Shown piece by piece: positions 38,188 to 48,564 of a DNA stretch of 64,000 nt (within the stretch, counting starts at the first letter, position 1; every line of letters starts with the position of its first letter). Source of the DNA: an uncultured delta proteobacterium. GTDB taxonomy: Bacteria > Desulfobacterota > Binatia > UBA9968. A program made the translations under genes and the position numbers. The stretch is from NCBI GenBank assembly GCA_963840855.1, contig CAWJBB010000040.1:192001-256000 (forward strand), read 5' to 3'. The notes under the pieces were generated by a model. It made no database searches. It worked only from the letters and a program-made list of their open reading frames with translations, and had not been told where the DNA came from.

Positions 38188-39636
38188 ATGCCATTTAACG
38201 ACCTACGCGAGTTTATCGACGCCGCCCGCAAGATCGGCCAAGTGAAGGAGATTCACGGCGCGGATTGGAATCTGGAGATCGGCGCACTGACGGAGCTGTT
38301 TGCTTTCAAGGAGCCGTCGCCGCTGGTGCTATTTGATCAAATTCCCGGCTATCCGGCGAACTTCCGGGTCGCCGCGAATTTGATCAACACTCCCGCTCGC
38401 TCCGGACTAACAGTAGGCATGCCGGCCGATGCCAAACCCATAGAGCTGATCGCGCGCTGGAAAGAGCTGCTGAAGGGCGTCAAACCTATCCCGCCGCGTG
38501 TCGTTTCCAGCGGGCCGATTCTGGAAAACGTCAAGAGCGGCGACGACGTCGACATGACCATCTTTCCCACGCCGCACTGGCATGAGTTGGACGGCGGGCG
38601 CTATATCGGCACCGCGGACTGCGTCATCACCCGTGAACCGGAAGAAGGCGGCTGGGTCAATATAGGCATCTACCGCGCGCAGGTTCACGATAAAAATACC
38701 CTCGGCCTTTACGTCTCGCCGGGCCATCATGCGCGCATCATGCGCGAAAAATATTGGGAAAAAGGGCTGAGCTGTCCCGTGGTCGTCACCTTCGGCCAGG
38801 ACCCGTTGCTCTTCCTGGTGGCCGGACAATCGATGCCTTACGGCATGTCCGAGTTCGACTACTGCGGCGGCCTGCGCGGCGCGCCCATCGACGTCATCCG
38901 CGGCGAACTAACCGGCTTGCCGATACCGGCGACGGCGGAAATCGCCATCGAAGGGGAAGTGCCGCCGCCCCAAGAGCAGGCGCAGATGGAAGGCCCCTTC
39001 GGCGAATGGCCTGGTTACTATGCCCATGGCGCGGCCACGGAACCGGTGATTCGCGTCAAGAAAGTCTATTATCGCAACGATCCGATCTTGTGCGGCGCGC
39101 CGCCATTGAAACCGCCTTTCATTACCTTTGGCGTGCCCATCGGCGCCGCCGCGATATGGAATTACTTGGAGAAAGCCGACGTTCCGGACATCAAGGGTGT
39201 CTGGTGCTCCATCGGCGGCTCGGCCGCCGGCGGCGGCGCCCCTTTCATCATCATCTCGCTCAAGCAGCGCTATCACGGCCACGCGCAGCAAGCCGGCATC
39301 GCAGCCCTGGGTTCCCGCGCTGGTAATTATCATGGCCGTTTCGTCATCGTGGTCGATGACGACATCGATCCGTCCGAGATGAAAGACGTTATCTGGGCGG
39401 TTTCCACGCGCTGCGATCCGAAAACCGCCATCAGCATCATCGATGGCTGCTGGAGCACACCGCTGGACCCGGCCATGCACCCGGACCAGCGCGATGCCGG
39501 CAACTTCGTCAACAGCCGCGCGATTCTTAATGCCTGCCGGCCCTATGCCTGGCGCGACCGCTTTCCGCCGGTCAACGCGCTCAGCCCGGAGCTGAAAAAG
39601 AAAACAGCAGAGAAGTGGAAGAAGGAACTGGCGTAA
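38188..39636 (+). CDS. UbiD-family prFMN-dependent decarboxylase
   Basis: DGGRYIGT, NIGIYR, EGPFGEWPGYY, VDDDID, WAVSTRCDP. Confidence 0.92.
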   Translation: MPFNDLREFIDAARKIGQVKEIHGADWNLEIGALTELFAFKEPSPLVLFDQIPGYPANFRVAANLINTPARSGLTVGMPADAKPIELIARWKELLKGVKPIPPRVVSSGPILENVKSGDDVDMTIFPTPHWHELDGGRYIGTADCVITREPEEGGWVNIGIYRAQVHDKNTLGLYVSPGHHARIMREKYWEKGLSCPVVVTFGQDPLLFLVAGQSMPYGMSEFDYCGGLRGAPIDVIRGELTGLPIPATAEIAIEGEVPPPQEQAQMEGPFGEWPGYYAHGAATEPVIRVKKVYYRNDPILCGAPPLKPPFITFGVPIGAAAIWNYLEKADVPDIKGVWCSIGGSAAGGGAPFIIISLKQRYHGHAQQAGIAALGSRAGNYHGRFVIVVDDDIDPSEMKDVIWAVSTRCDPKTAISIIDGCWSTPLDPAMHPDQRDAGNFVNSRAILNACRPYAWRDRFPPVNALSPELKKKTAEKWKKELA

Positions 39637-39697
39637 GCCGGCTGAACTCAACCCATTGAGACCTGGCTCTCGTCCGGGAGTCGAAGCGGAGGTCGAC

Positions 39698-40771
39698 ATG
39701 AAGTTCAAGAGAAGTAACTTCGGATTCTCGACTGCGCTGATTTTTACTGCTTTATCGGGGACCCTTTCCTTCTTTCCTGCCGTACTCTTCGGGCAGAATC
39801 CCTTTTATCAAGGGAAAACCATCACCATTGTACAGGGCCGCGAACCGGGCGACGCCGGCGATATGCGGGTCAAAGCCATACTTCCTTTCATCCAGAAGCA
39901 CGTGCCGGGAAATCCGACCATCATCAGCGAATATATGCCGGGCGGCGGCGGGCGCAAGGCAGCGAACCACGTCTATAGAAACGTTAAACCCGACGGCCTC
40001 ACCCTGGGCAACCTTGGCGCCGGATTCATATCGAGCGCCATACTCGGCGAGACCGGCGTGCAATACGATATCGATAAATTCGTCTATCTGGGCTCGCCTT
40101 ACAGCGCGGCTCATTACCTGTTCATCACCAAGAGAGATCTACAGTTCGGCAATTTGGAAAAGCTCAGGGCACATGCCGGGTTGCGGATTGGCGCTCAGTC
40201 CGTGGGCCATACGATCTACATCGTCGGGCGATTATTTGCCTGGATTATCGGCTTAAAGGAGCCCAATTTTATTACTGCTTACGCGGGAAACGAGATCGAC
40301 GTCGCTCTCATGCGCGGGGAACTCGACGCCAGAGCACAGGCAGCCGACTGGCTGTTGCATAGAAACCGTGATTGGCTCGACAAGCAGCTGATGGATTTCC
40401 ATGCGATTTTCGAAACACCCAAGGGGGACAAGCATCCACAATTCTCCCATCTGCCGGAGCTGGAGACTCTCGCGCGATCAGAACGAGAACGCAAGATGCT
40501 GGCGATGCAGCGCGGCTTTCGATTGGCGGGTTCGCCTTTCTTCTTACCCCCGGGAGTCCCCAAAGAGCGGATCGAGATGCTTCAGGAAGCAATGAGAAAA
40601 GCCTTGAGCGATCCGGGATTTTCGCGCGAGTTCAGAAAGCTCACTGGCGACGATCCGACGCCGCTTACGCCGGAAGCCAATGAAAAGGCCGTGCGCGATA
40701 TTCCCCGTGAGCCGGAGGTTATCGAACTGTTCAAGAAGATCATCGGCGCCGGTCCTCTGCCGGCACGTTAG
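39698..40771 (+). CDS. TctC/Bug-family substrate-binding protein
   Basis: Signal peptide, FYQGKTITI, PGNPT, MPGGGG, KPDGLT, PPGVPKER. Confidence 0.82.
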   Translation: MKFKRSNFGFSTALIFTALSGTLSFFPAVLFGQNPFYQGKTITIVQGREPGDAGDMRVKAILPFIQKHVPGNPTIISEYMPGGGGRKAANHVYRNVKPDGLTLGNLGAGFISSAILGETGVQYDIDKFVYLGSPYSAAHYLFITKRDLQFGNLEKLRAHAGLRIGAQSVGHTIYIVGRLFAWIIGLKEPNFITAYAGNEIDVALMRGELDARAQAADWLLHRNRDWLDKQLMDFHAIFETPKGDKHPQFSHLPELETLARSERERKMLAMQRGFRLAGSPFFLPPGVPKERIEMLQEAMRKALSDPGFSREFRKLTGDDPTPLTPEANEKAVRDIPREPEVIELFKKIIGAGPLPAR

Positions 40772-40814
40772 CAGGCTGCTGAAAAAGACTCATATGCCGA
40801 TAGCTTGCGACGCA

Positions 40815-41948
40815 ATGCTGGGCGACTACAAGATATTTGACGCCGATGCTCACGTCATGATGAGCCCCAAGATGTGGGACGACTTGCCGGGGGAATATCG
40901 CGTCCGCCGTCCGCGCCCACTGCGCGTTGAGGACACTGCTGGCGCCGGCATTCGCGGCACCGGTTGGCTCATCGAAGGGCGCATGGAGCCACACCCCTAT
41001 GGCCCCGGAGCGCAAGGCGCCAACACGCCGTCATCGGTGCTGGCGGAGTTTGGCGCGCCGCCGAGCCAACTCGGCTCGCCGGACCTCTCCGACCCCGAAG
41101 CCAGGCTACGCGATCTGGACAGCTTCGGCATCGATGCGCAGCTGCTTTTTCCCTCCAGTCTTTACGCCTGCATGGGTGCCGATCCGTTTTTCGAAGCGGC
41201 CATGTTTCGCGCCTACAACCGTTATGCGGGACGCCAATGCAAGGCATATTCAAAGCGGCTGAAATGGGCGGGCCTGCTTCCACTGCGCGACAGCCGAGAG
41301 GGCATCGAAGCCGTCCATGAAATGAAAGAGCTGGGCGCCACGGCGGCGGTGGTCTTCGGCAGCGCCGGTGCGCGATTGCTATCGCACAAGAGCTTCACGC
41401 CCATTTGGGATGAGTTTGCGCGTGCGGGGCTGCCGCTATGCGTGCATATGGGAAGAAGCTATCCGCCCTTCGACCAGCTCGTTGAAACGCGCCTCGAGGC
41501 CCATGTCATCGCCATGGGCATGCCGGCGATGCTCGGCTTCGTTGCCGTGGTCGCCCACGGCATGCTCGACCGTTATCCGAACTTGAAAGTAGCGTTTCTC
41601 GAGTTCGGCGCCGAGTGGCTATTCTACGTCGTCGGCAGGCTCGGCCACTACCTGCCCAGTTACCGCCGCGATCCCACCGTCAAAGAGATGGGCCGCTTGC
41701 CGGAAAGGGCCATCGAAGAATATCTCAAGTCCGGCCGATTTTTTGTCGCCCCGGAAGCCCGTGATCCAATGCTGGCGCAGGAAATTGCCCTCGTGGGCGA
41801 AGAGCACATCCTGTTTTCCTCGGATTTTCCCCATGGCGAAGGGCGGGACAACGCCGCCGCGGAGATCCTGGAACGAACCGATTTGTCCGATACACAAAAG
41901 CGAAAAATACTTTACGACAACACGGTAAAATTTTGCGGCGAACCGTAG
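40815..41948 (+). CDS. Amidohydrolase_2 family protein
   Basis: DADAH, LCVH, FLEFG, SSDFPH, KILYDN. Confidence 0.9.
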   Translation: MLGDYKIFDADAHVMMSPKMWDDLPGEYRVRRPRPLRVEDTAGAGIRGTGWLIEGRMEPHPYGPGAQGANTPSSVLAEFGAPPSQLGSPDLSDPEARLRDLDSFGIDAQLLFPSSLYACMGADPFFEAAMFRAYNRYAGRQCKAYSKRLKWAGLLPLRDSREGIEAVHEMKELGATAAVVFGSAGARLLSHKSFTPIWDEFARAGLPLCVHMGRSYPPFDQLVETRLEAHVIAMGMPAMLGFVAVVAHGMLDRYPNLKVAFLEFGAEWLFYVVGRLGHYLPSYRRDPTVKEMGRLPERAIEEYLKSGRFFVAPEARDPMLAQEIALVGEEHILFSSDFPHGEGRDNAAAEILERTDLSDTQKRKILYDNTVKFCGEP

Positions 41949-42036
41949 GCGCTCCCAACGGCATTGAATCAGCCTGCACATCCGGCGCGCGCTTCATTAT
42001 GATTTGACGAATCTATACGGTCCCATCGGAGATTTT

Positions 42037-43059
42037 TTACTTCAAAATCTCTTTAAGCTTCGCTACCAGTCCCGGTTCCAGCTGCAGGACGCCCATGACG
42101 CTCTTGCCTAACTCTTCGCCATTTACGGCATTGATCTCCAGATTACCCTTGCGCGCCTCGGCGAGAAAATCTGGATCTTTGACGCTATCCATGAAGGCTT
42201 TCCGCAGGAGTTGGACCCGGTCCTTGGGAGTGTTCGGCGGCACGACGTAGGGACGTACTGAAGCGCCGTGCACCTGGAGCATGGCTTGCAGCAGTCTTCT
42301 CGCCTCTTCATTTTTAATGAGATCGCCGACCAAAGGGTATTTCGTCAACTCAGGATGTGATTTGAACGCCGCCTGGACGATGATCTGCAAATCGCCCGTC
42401 TCGATTTCGTTGCGCCAGGTCGAGCGCGTCGATTGCCAGGAATTGCTGATACCGCCGATCTCTCCGCTATGAAAGGCGAGCCTCATCTCGGAGGTTCCCT
42501 TGTAACCCGTCACCATTTGCACCGGCAAACCGATGATCGCCCGCAGCAGCACCGGGATATCGTCGGTCCCCGCGCCGAAACCCGCGCCGCCGAATTTGAC
42601 GACGGTCTTGGACGACAACCACTGGTCGAGGCTCGTAACACCGGACGTTTTGGAGACACCGAGAATGAAATCGTCGTGGGACGGCGCGCCGACGTATTCG
42701 AATTTACGCGCGTCGAACTCGATGCCGGGTTTACCGAGGAGCTGTTGGAGAAATTGCCCGCCGATAAAAGTCGCCATGGTCAATCCATCGGGCCTGGCCA
42801 CGCGGTAGATGTAATTTGCGCAAATCAGGCTATTCGCCCCGGCCATGTTTTCCACGACGACCGTGGGATTTCCCGGGATATGTTTGCCGAGGTGACGGGA
42901 CAGCAAACGAGTATAGGTATCGTAACCGCCGCCGGGTGCAAAGCCGACGATCATACGCATCGTCTTATCCTTGTAGAAGGATTGTTGGGCGTCCAGGTGA
43001 GTGGGTGCCCACAGGCATAAGGTCAGGGTCAAAGCCACGGGGAAGACCTTACTTAGCAT
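42037..43059 (-). CDS. TctC/Bug-family substrate-binding protein
   Basis: IVGFAPGGGYD, PGNPTVVVENMAGA, PDG, PPNTPKDRV. Confidence 0.88.
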   Translation of the reverse strand: MLSKVFPVALTLTLCLWAPTHLDAQQSFYKDKTMRMIVGFAPGGGYDTYTRLLSRHLGKHIPGNPTVVVENMAGANSLICANYIYRVARPDGLTMATFIGGQFLQQLLGKPGIEFDARKFEYVGAPSHDDFILGVSKTSGVTSLDQWLSSKTVVKFGGAGFGAGTDDIPVLLRAIIGLPVQMVTGYKGTSEMRLAFHSGEIGGISNSWQSTRSTWRNEIETGDLQIIVQAAFKSHPELTKYPLVGDLIKNEEARRLLQAMLQVHGASVRPYVVPPNTPKDRVQLLRKAFMDSVKDPDFLAEARKGNLEINAVNGEELGKSVMGVLQLEPGLVAKLKEILK

Positions 43060-43164
43060 GGTGCCTGTCTCCTTTTCGGTTACCCTGAACCGGGCCTGGG
43101 ATGAGACCTGGAGGGAATCTGGGTGTTGCGTTCCTGGAAGATTCTGGAACGCGAGGCCCGAGAC

Positions 43165-43518
43165 TCAAGACTCGAAACGGGCTCTATAGATCGCGTCGGT
43201 TTTCGCGGCCATGATGAAATCGTTCTTGTGCAAATTCTTAATCTTGTGCGTCCACCAGGTGACGGCCACCCGGCCCCATTCGGTGATGAGACGCGGATGA
43301 TGCCCCTCATCTTCCGCCGCGGCGCCAACGGCGTCGGTGAAGGCGATGGCGTCTTGAAAATTCTTAAACTTGAATAACCGGTCGAGCTTGGGAATGGCGT
43401 CTTCAGTGATGATTTGCCAGTCGGGCACCTGGGGCTGCAGTGATTTCATCTCCTCCGGCGTCACCGACGGCGCGCCGGCGCGGCAGGCCACGCATTTCTG
43501 TTCAGTGAGTTCTTCCAT
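43165..43518 (-). CDS. phhB: Pterin-4-alpha-carbinolamine dehydratase
   Basis: [34 protein letters not shown]. Confidence 0.92.
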   Translation of the reverse strand: MEELTEQKCVACRAGAPSVTPEEMKSLQPQVPDWQIITEDAIPKLDRLFKFKNFQDAIAFTDAVGAAAEDEGHHPRLITEWGRVAVTWWTHKIKNLHKNDFIMAAKTDAIYRARFES

Positions 43519-43535
43519 CTGAAATTCCTCCGCTC

Positions 43536-43566
43536 GTTCAATGTTCAAAGCGTTCAAAGTTCAAGG
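43536..43566. repeat. Half copy of the GTTCAAN repeat
   Basis: GTTCAATGTTCAAAGCGTTCAAAGTTCAAGG. Confidence 0.65.
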
Positions 43567-43664
43567 TCCTCGGAGCAGGTAAACCTCTAAGCCATCTCGC
43601 GCAGCTTGCACACCCCACAAAAACTCCCTATTACTTTGCGTACTTTGCGGTTAAATTCCCTTTC

Positions 43665-44717
43665 TCATAATTTCGGCATCACTTCCGCCGCGAACTGTTC
43701 CATGGACTCTCTGACCAGCAGGTGGGGTATGGTGCCGATGTTCATCCACAGCAAAAAATGCGACGCCGCGGTTTTTTCCTGGAGCTGCCGCAGAGTTTGC
43801 ACGGCCAACGCCGAGTCTCCCACCACTGCATGGCGTTGGCAAACGGTATCGTAGGACACCACCGCGCCTGCGGCCGTGCGCAAGCGCGCCGGCAATTCTA
43901 CGCCGCGCCGGTTAAGCCAATCCGTATAGTCGACGCGCATATCTAAAATTGTCTTAAAGTAGCTCACGATGCCCGCCTCGGCGCGGGCGCGCGCCTCGGC
44001 TGTAGTTTTGGCGAGATGCAGCGGCACCAACAGGCCCACTTCTTTGCCTTGACGCGCATGGTTGTGGCTCGCCAGACCATGCCAGTAGGCTGTGGCAAAT
44101 TCGGCGATCTGGTCCGGCGTGCGGGTATGAATGGGCAGAAAAAGATTGATGCCCAAACGCGCCGCCACTTCCACGCCGTCCATGGAGCTGGTCGCCATGT
44201 AAAACGGCGGCGGCGGTCGTTGAACCGGCTTGGGATGGACCACGACTTCCGGTATCTGAAAGAACTTGCCGTTGTGGACCAGCGTTTTTTCGGTCCACGC
44301 CTTGCGAATGATTTCGAGCCCTTCGGCCATGATCTCATGGGTAGATTTGTGATCGGCGCCGAAGCACTCATAGGCGCGGCTGTGCGGATGGCCGCCGCCG
44401 GCGGCGAAATCCATGCGCCCGCCGCTGACAAGGTCGAGCATCGCCGCCTGTTCCGCCAGACTCACGGGATGATGGACCGGCAAAGTATTGACGGCGACGC
44501 CGAGACGAAGGCGGCGTGTCCGCTGGGCCACGGCGCCCAAGACCACATAGGGCGCCGTGAGCAGAGAAAATTTCGGCTGGCAGTGAATCTCGGCGACCCA
44601 ATAGGTGCCGAACCCTAACCGGTCAGCGAGCTCGGCTTGCTCCATGAACTCTCCGAGTCGCGCCGCCGGCGACGAACCCTCCGGGCATTGAATTTCGGTA
44701 AAGAGACTACATTTCAC
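43665..44717 (-). CDS. LLM-class (luciferase-like) flavin-dependent monooxygenase
   Basis: WVAEIH, TRRLRLG, HPVSLAEQAAMLDLVSGGR, PKPVQRP, FAAEVMP; GTG start 44717. Confidence 0.9.
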   Translation of the reverse strand: MKCSLFTEIQCPEGSSPAARLGEFMEQAELADRLGFGTYWVAEIHCQPKFSLLTAPYVVLGAVAQRTRRLRLGVAVNTLPVHHPVSLAEQAAMLDLVSGGRMDFAAGGGHPHSRAYECFGADHKSTHEIMAEGLEIIRKAWTEKTLVHNGKFFQIPEVVVHPKPVQRPPPPFYMATSSMDGVEVAARLGINLFLPIHTRTPDQIAEFATAYWHGLASHNHARQGKEVGLLVPLHLAKTTAEARARAEAGIVSYFKTILDMRVDYTDWLNRRGVELPARLRTAAGAVVSYDTVCQRHAVVGDSALAVQTLRQLQEKTAASHFLLWMNIGTIPHLLVRESMEQFAAEVMPKL

Positions 44718-44744
44718 GACTTGCGGTGTTTCCTCTCTAACCGT

Positions 44745-44820
44745 GATTGGAAGAGTCGAACGACGGAATGATGGATTGAAGACCCAACGATCCAATATTC
44801 TGGTATGCCATTTTTCCAAC
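44745..44820. repeat. 8-bp-period imperfect palindromic repeat
   Basis: TGGAAGAG-TCGAACGA-CGGAATGA-TGGATTGA … CCAACGAT-CCAATATT…CCATTTTT-CCAAC. Confidence 0.5.
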
Positions 44821-44827
44821 AGCCGAC

Positions 44828-45664
44828 TTACTTCTTTCTTTTCTCGTTGGCTGCGACGACTCGTTCGGCGGCGGCAGCCAGCTGTTGGGTGATCGGAACA
44901 TCGAGCTGACAAAGTCGTGCCAACTCGGCAACGAGGGGGATGTCTTTGTTCAAAACGTTCCGGCCCGACCGCGGCAACGGATCGTTTCCCGAGGCATCGA
45001 AAGTGCGCTGCCATCGGTTGAGCACGCTGTCATGGCCGATGCGGCGCATCATCTCCAATGCTTTCGGGTATGGAATCCCGCCGGCCAGCCCGATCTGGAT
45101 CGCTTCGTGAACGATCAATGTTTCAGCGCCGCCAAGCATGTTCTTGATCAACTTGCCTACCGCGCCGGTGCCGAGCGGTCCCATATGAAACACTTCCTTG
45201 CTCATCTTGAGCAGATGGGGCTTCGCCCGCTCTACCAGTTCGTCGGGGCCGCCAACGACGAAGCTCAGTTCGCCGGCGCGCACGGTACCGGGCACGCCGG
45301 TCATGCAGGCATCAATAACAGCGACGCCCTTGGCGCGCGCCGCGTCCTCAACCCTATGCACCGTCTGCGGCAAGATCGAACTGTGGAGCAACAGCAATGT
45401 CCCCGGCTGCGCCGACTCTAAAATTCCATTCGCTCCGAGCGCGCAGTCGAGCACATCCTGATCGGTGCGCACGACGACGTCGATGAGCGTCGATTGTTGC
45501 GCGGCCTCAGCCGAGCTGCCGGCGGTAGCCATACCCAGCGCGCGCGCCTGTTCCAAAGAGGGCCCGTGAGCGTCATAACAAACCGCGCTCACGCCGTTTA
45601 ATTTCAGGCGCTCCAACAACGCCAGGCCCATGGCGCCGGTGCCGATCATGCCGATTTTTTCCAA
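44828..45664 (-). CDS. Beta-hydroxyacid (3-hydroxyisobutyrate-type) dehydrogenase
   Basis: IGTGAMG, DACMTG, VGKLIKN, KDI; TTG start after GGAGG. Confidence 0.87.
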   Translation of the reverse strand: MEKIGMIGTGAMGLALLERLKLNGVSAVCYDAHGPSLEQARALGMATAGSSAEAAQQSTLIDVVVRTDQDVLDCALGANGILESAQPGTLLLLHSSILPQTVHRVEDAARAKGVAVIDACMTGVPGTVRAGELSFVVGGPDELVERAKPHLLKMSKEVFHMGPLGTGAVGKLIKNMLGGAETLIVHEAIQIGLAGGIPYPKALEMMRRIGHDSVLNRWQRTFDASGNDPLPRSGRNVLNKDIPLVAELARLCQLDVPITQQLAAAAERVVAANEKRKK

Positions 45665-45698
45665 TTGTCCTCCGTCTGATGAGCACACTGCGTGTGCG

Positions 45699-45827
45699 GT
45701 TCAAAGTTCAAGGTTCAATGTTCAAGTTCAATGTTCAACGTCCCACCTCTCGACCTTAAACCTTGAACGCGCAACCTTGAACCGCGCCGCAGGCGCCACA
45801 TTGAACCTTGAACGTTGAACCTTGAAC
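45699..45827. repeat. GTTCAAN heptamer palindromic repeat with embedded GCGCCGCAGGCGC hairpin
   Basis: Longest clean copy: GTTCAA units, spacer, TTGAAC units. Confidence 0.88.
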
Positions 45828-45840
45828 AGCAGACCCGTCG

Positions 45841-47442
45841 TTAATAGCCCAGCGCGTAGGCTACACGGCGCGGATCGGCACCGCCGAGCCAGCAACCGTT
45901 TTCGCGGTCGCGCACGATCACTTTGGCGCTGCCGAAAGACCACCGGTCGACCACTGAAATTTTATGGCCTTTCTTGCGCAAGCCATCCAGCGTCGCCGCG
46001 TCATAGCCTTCTTCCATGCGTAGCGCCTCGGGAAGCTGGTCGCGCGGCGGCGTGCCAGGCTGGTGGCTCCAGCGCGGCGCTTCCACCGCGCTCTGGGGGT
46101 CCATCTCAAGGTCAACCAAATCGTGAATAATCTGAAAATTAGTTTGCGGCTGTTCATCGGCGCCGGGACTGCCGCCCGCGGCGAAGACTTCATCGCCCTT
46201 GAAAACCATGTAGGTGTTGAGCGTGTGCGCCGGACGTTTGCCGGGCGTGAGAGAGTTCGCTTTGGACGGATCCAGGCCGAAGCTGCACAGTCGGTTGTTC
46301 ATAATCACGCCGGTGTCGCCGCCGATCACACGCGAGCCAAAGGGCGCGAAGACACTTTGGATAAACGAGATCGCGTTGCCATCGCGGTCGGCGGCGCATA
46401 AATAGGTCGTGTCGCTGCTCTGGTTGGCCGCCGCCGTTTGGCGCCGGGCAAGAGCTTCGTCCGCCAGCTCGCGCCGTTTGGCGGCATACTCCTTGGAAAT
46501 CAGCATGGGAATTTTCGGATCGCCGAACTTTGGATCGTCGAGGTAACGGATGCGGTCTTCGAAGGCGAGTTTCTTTGCCGCCACCTGATAGTGAATCATG
46601 TCGGCCCGGCTCATCCTCCCCTCGTGAAAGGGCCAGGCCTCCGCGATGTTGAGCATCTCGAGCACCATAAACCCCTGGGAAACCGGCGGCTGCTCGTACA
46701 CCAGCGTGTCGCGGTAACTCGACTTCAAAGGTTCGAGCCATTGCGCAACCTGCGGCCGCAAATCCTCTTCGCTGAGAATTCCGCCTTCAGCTTTGATGGT
46801 TGCGCAAATTTTCTCCGCCACCGCTCCGGCGTAGAACCCATCGCGGCCTTGTTGCGCGATTTTTTCCAGCACGCCGCCCAGGCCCCTTTGCGCGAGTATC
46901 TTGCCTGGCTTTGGCGTGCCTAGCGGCTGGCGGTAGCAACGGTCCACCCAGGGATATTCCGCGCTGAACTCTTCGATGCTTTCGGCGAAATCTTGTGAAA
47001 TCGGCAACCCGGCCCTGGCAATGCCGATGGCGTCCACCATCAGGCGGCTCAAATCTTTCGTTGCGTATTTTTTATGCAGTTCCAGCCAACCATCCACTGC
47101 GCCGGGCACGGCGATGCTCAGCGGGCCGTACTGCGGGATGCTTTTTAAGCCACGATCGTGGAAATAATCAATCGTCGCTTTTGCCGGCGCCGGCCCGCTG
47201 GAGTTGAGAGCCTCAACCTTGCCGGTTTTCTTTATGAACACCAGCGCAAACAGATCGCCGCCGAGACCGCTGGCTTCCGGCTTAACCACCGCCATGACGA
47301 AAGCGGCGGCCAGAGCCGCATCGACCGCGTTGCCGCCTTCTTGCAAAACTTTCACGCCCGCCAGTGACGCCAGCGCATGGCCCGAAGAGACCATGCCATT
47401 CTGCCCCATCATCACCGGGCGCGCCGCTTTTGAATACTTCAT
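45841..47442 (-). CDS. ggt: Gamma-glutamyltransferase family (YwrD-like)
   Basis: GGNAVDAA, SGLGGD, VPGAVDGW, DTT nucleophile, PGKRPAHTL, GGADPRR. Confidence 0.92.
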   Translation of the reverse strand: MKYSKAARPVMMGQNGMVSSGHALASLAGVKVLQEGGNAVDAALAAAFVMAVVKPEASGLGGDLFALVFIKKTGKVEALNSSGPAPAKATIDYFHDRGLKSIPQYGPLSIAVPGAVDGWLELHKKYATKDLSRLMVDAIGIARAGLPISQDFAESIEEFSAEYPWVDRCYRQPLGTPKPGKILAQRGLGGVLEKIAQQGRDGFYAGAVAEKICATIKAEGGILSEEDLRPQVAQWLEPLKSSYRDTLVYEQPPVSQGFMVLEMLNIAEAWPFHEGRMSRADMIHYQVAAKKLAFEDRIRYLDDPKFGDPKIPMLISKEYAAKRRELADEALARRQTAAANQSSDTTYLCAADRDGNAISFIQSVFAPFGSRVIGGDTGVIMNNRLCSFGLDPSKANSLTPGKRPAHTLNTYMVFKGDEVFAAGGSPGADEQPQTNFQIIHDLVDLEMDPQSAVEAPRWSHQPGTPPRDQLPEALRMEEGYDAATLDGLRKKGHKISVVDRWSFGSAKVIVRDRENGCWLGGADPRRVAYALGY

Positions 47443-48464
47443 GGCACTCCTATTCCAAGGATCCCGGCGGCATTACCGCCGAGAATCTTTTCTTTATCGG
47501 CTGCATTTAGATCGAGACCATCGATGGCCTTGAGGCTGTTTTTAACCAAGACGCGGCCCTCTTCCGGGCCGTAGGGGTAGTTCGTCCCCAACACCATCCG
47601 GTCAGGACCGAAGAAATCTTTCACACAACGGAGCGTCGTTGCCGGATGATCCGCCGTATCCACGTAAAAGCGCCGGAAGGAATCCAGGGGATTTTCGCTC
47701 AGACCGTACTTGTGACGAATCTCCTCGGTCCGGCCGCTATAGATGTTAATCGCGCGCTGGGCAAAAAACGCCAGCACGCCGCCGACATCGGCCACGACCC
47801 AGTTGATCTGAGGAAATCTTTCTAGCACTCTCCCGTAAACCAGCCGGGTCATCGCCACCGTGCTGTCGAAGGCCCAGCCGAAAATCAAGGTCGGCATGAT
47901 ATCGATACCGGTGGCTTCGCTGGCAAGCGGCGCAGTGGGATGGATGTACACCGGTAGCTCATACTTCGCCAGCCGTTCATAAATCGGAAACAGTTCCTCG
48001 CGGTCCAACGCCTGGCCGTTGAGGTTGGCAAAGCAGCCAAAGCCTTTCAATCCCAATTCCTTAACCGATCGTTCGAGCTCGTCCAGCGATGCCCGCACGC
48101 TGCAACTCGGCAACGTGAAAAAGCCGATGAACCGCTTGGGGTATCTCTTACAGATGGCGGAGATCGCGTCATTGGCGATACGCGCCATCTTGATCGCGCC
48201 TTCTCCCTCGTAGCGGTCCGCGCCAGGTGCGGGAATCGTAAGCACATGGATGTCGATTCCCAACTCGTCCATGTGCTCGAGCCGGCGCTCGATATTTTGC
48301 CCCTGAAACGTTGCCGTATTGATACGGCACTTGAGCTTCTTGTCGTAAAAATAGCTCATGCCGCTGTGCGGATCGGGCTCTTCGAGAATCACCGCTCCAT
48401 CGAGACGTTTCATTTCGGCGAGATAGTCGGGCGGAAATACATGCGCTTGAAAATCGATGATCAT
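47439..48464 (-). CDS. Amidohydrolase_2 family (ACMSD-like)
   Basis: IDFQAH, ANDAI, YIHP, GTNYPY, ILGGNA. Confidence 0.88.
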   Translation of the reverse strand: MIIDFQAHVFPPDYLAEMKRLDGAVILEEPDPHSGMSYFYDKKLKCRINTATFQGQNIERRLEHMDELGIDIHVLTIPAPGADRYEGEGAIKMARIANDAISAICKRYPKRFIGFFTLPSCSVRASLDELERSVKELGLKGFGCFANLNGQALDREELFPIYERLAKYELPVYIHPTAPLASEATGIDIMPTLIFGWAFDSTVAMTRLVYGRVLERFPQINWVVADVGGVLAFFAQRAINIYSGRTEEIRHKYGLSENPLDSFRRFYVDTADHPATTLRCVKDFFGPDRMVLGTNYPYGPEEGRVLVKNSLKAIDGLDLNAADKEKILGGNAAGILGIGVP

Positions 48465-48475
48465 AGTCGGACTCG

Positions 48476-48560
48476 GTTCAACGTTCAAAGTTCAAGGTTC
48501 AAAGTTAGAGAACCCGGTTGCGGGGTTGGGACGTTGAACATTGAACCTTGAACTTTGAAC
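48476..48560. repeat. GTTCAAN heptamer palindromic repeat
   Basis: GTTCAAC-GTTCAAA-GTTCAAG-GTTCAAA … GTTGAAC-ATTGAAC-CTTGAAC-TTTGAAC. Confidence 0.88.
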
Positions 48561-48564
48561 GGTT

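Noticed and set aside
45699-45827. GTTCAA arrays as CRISPR
   Set aside because: Units are 7-9 bp with no unique 30-40 bp spacers, they invert mid-array, and no cas genes are present
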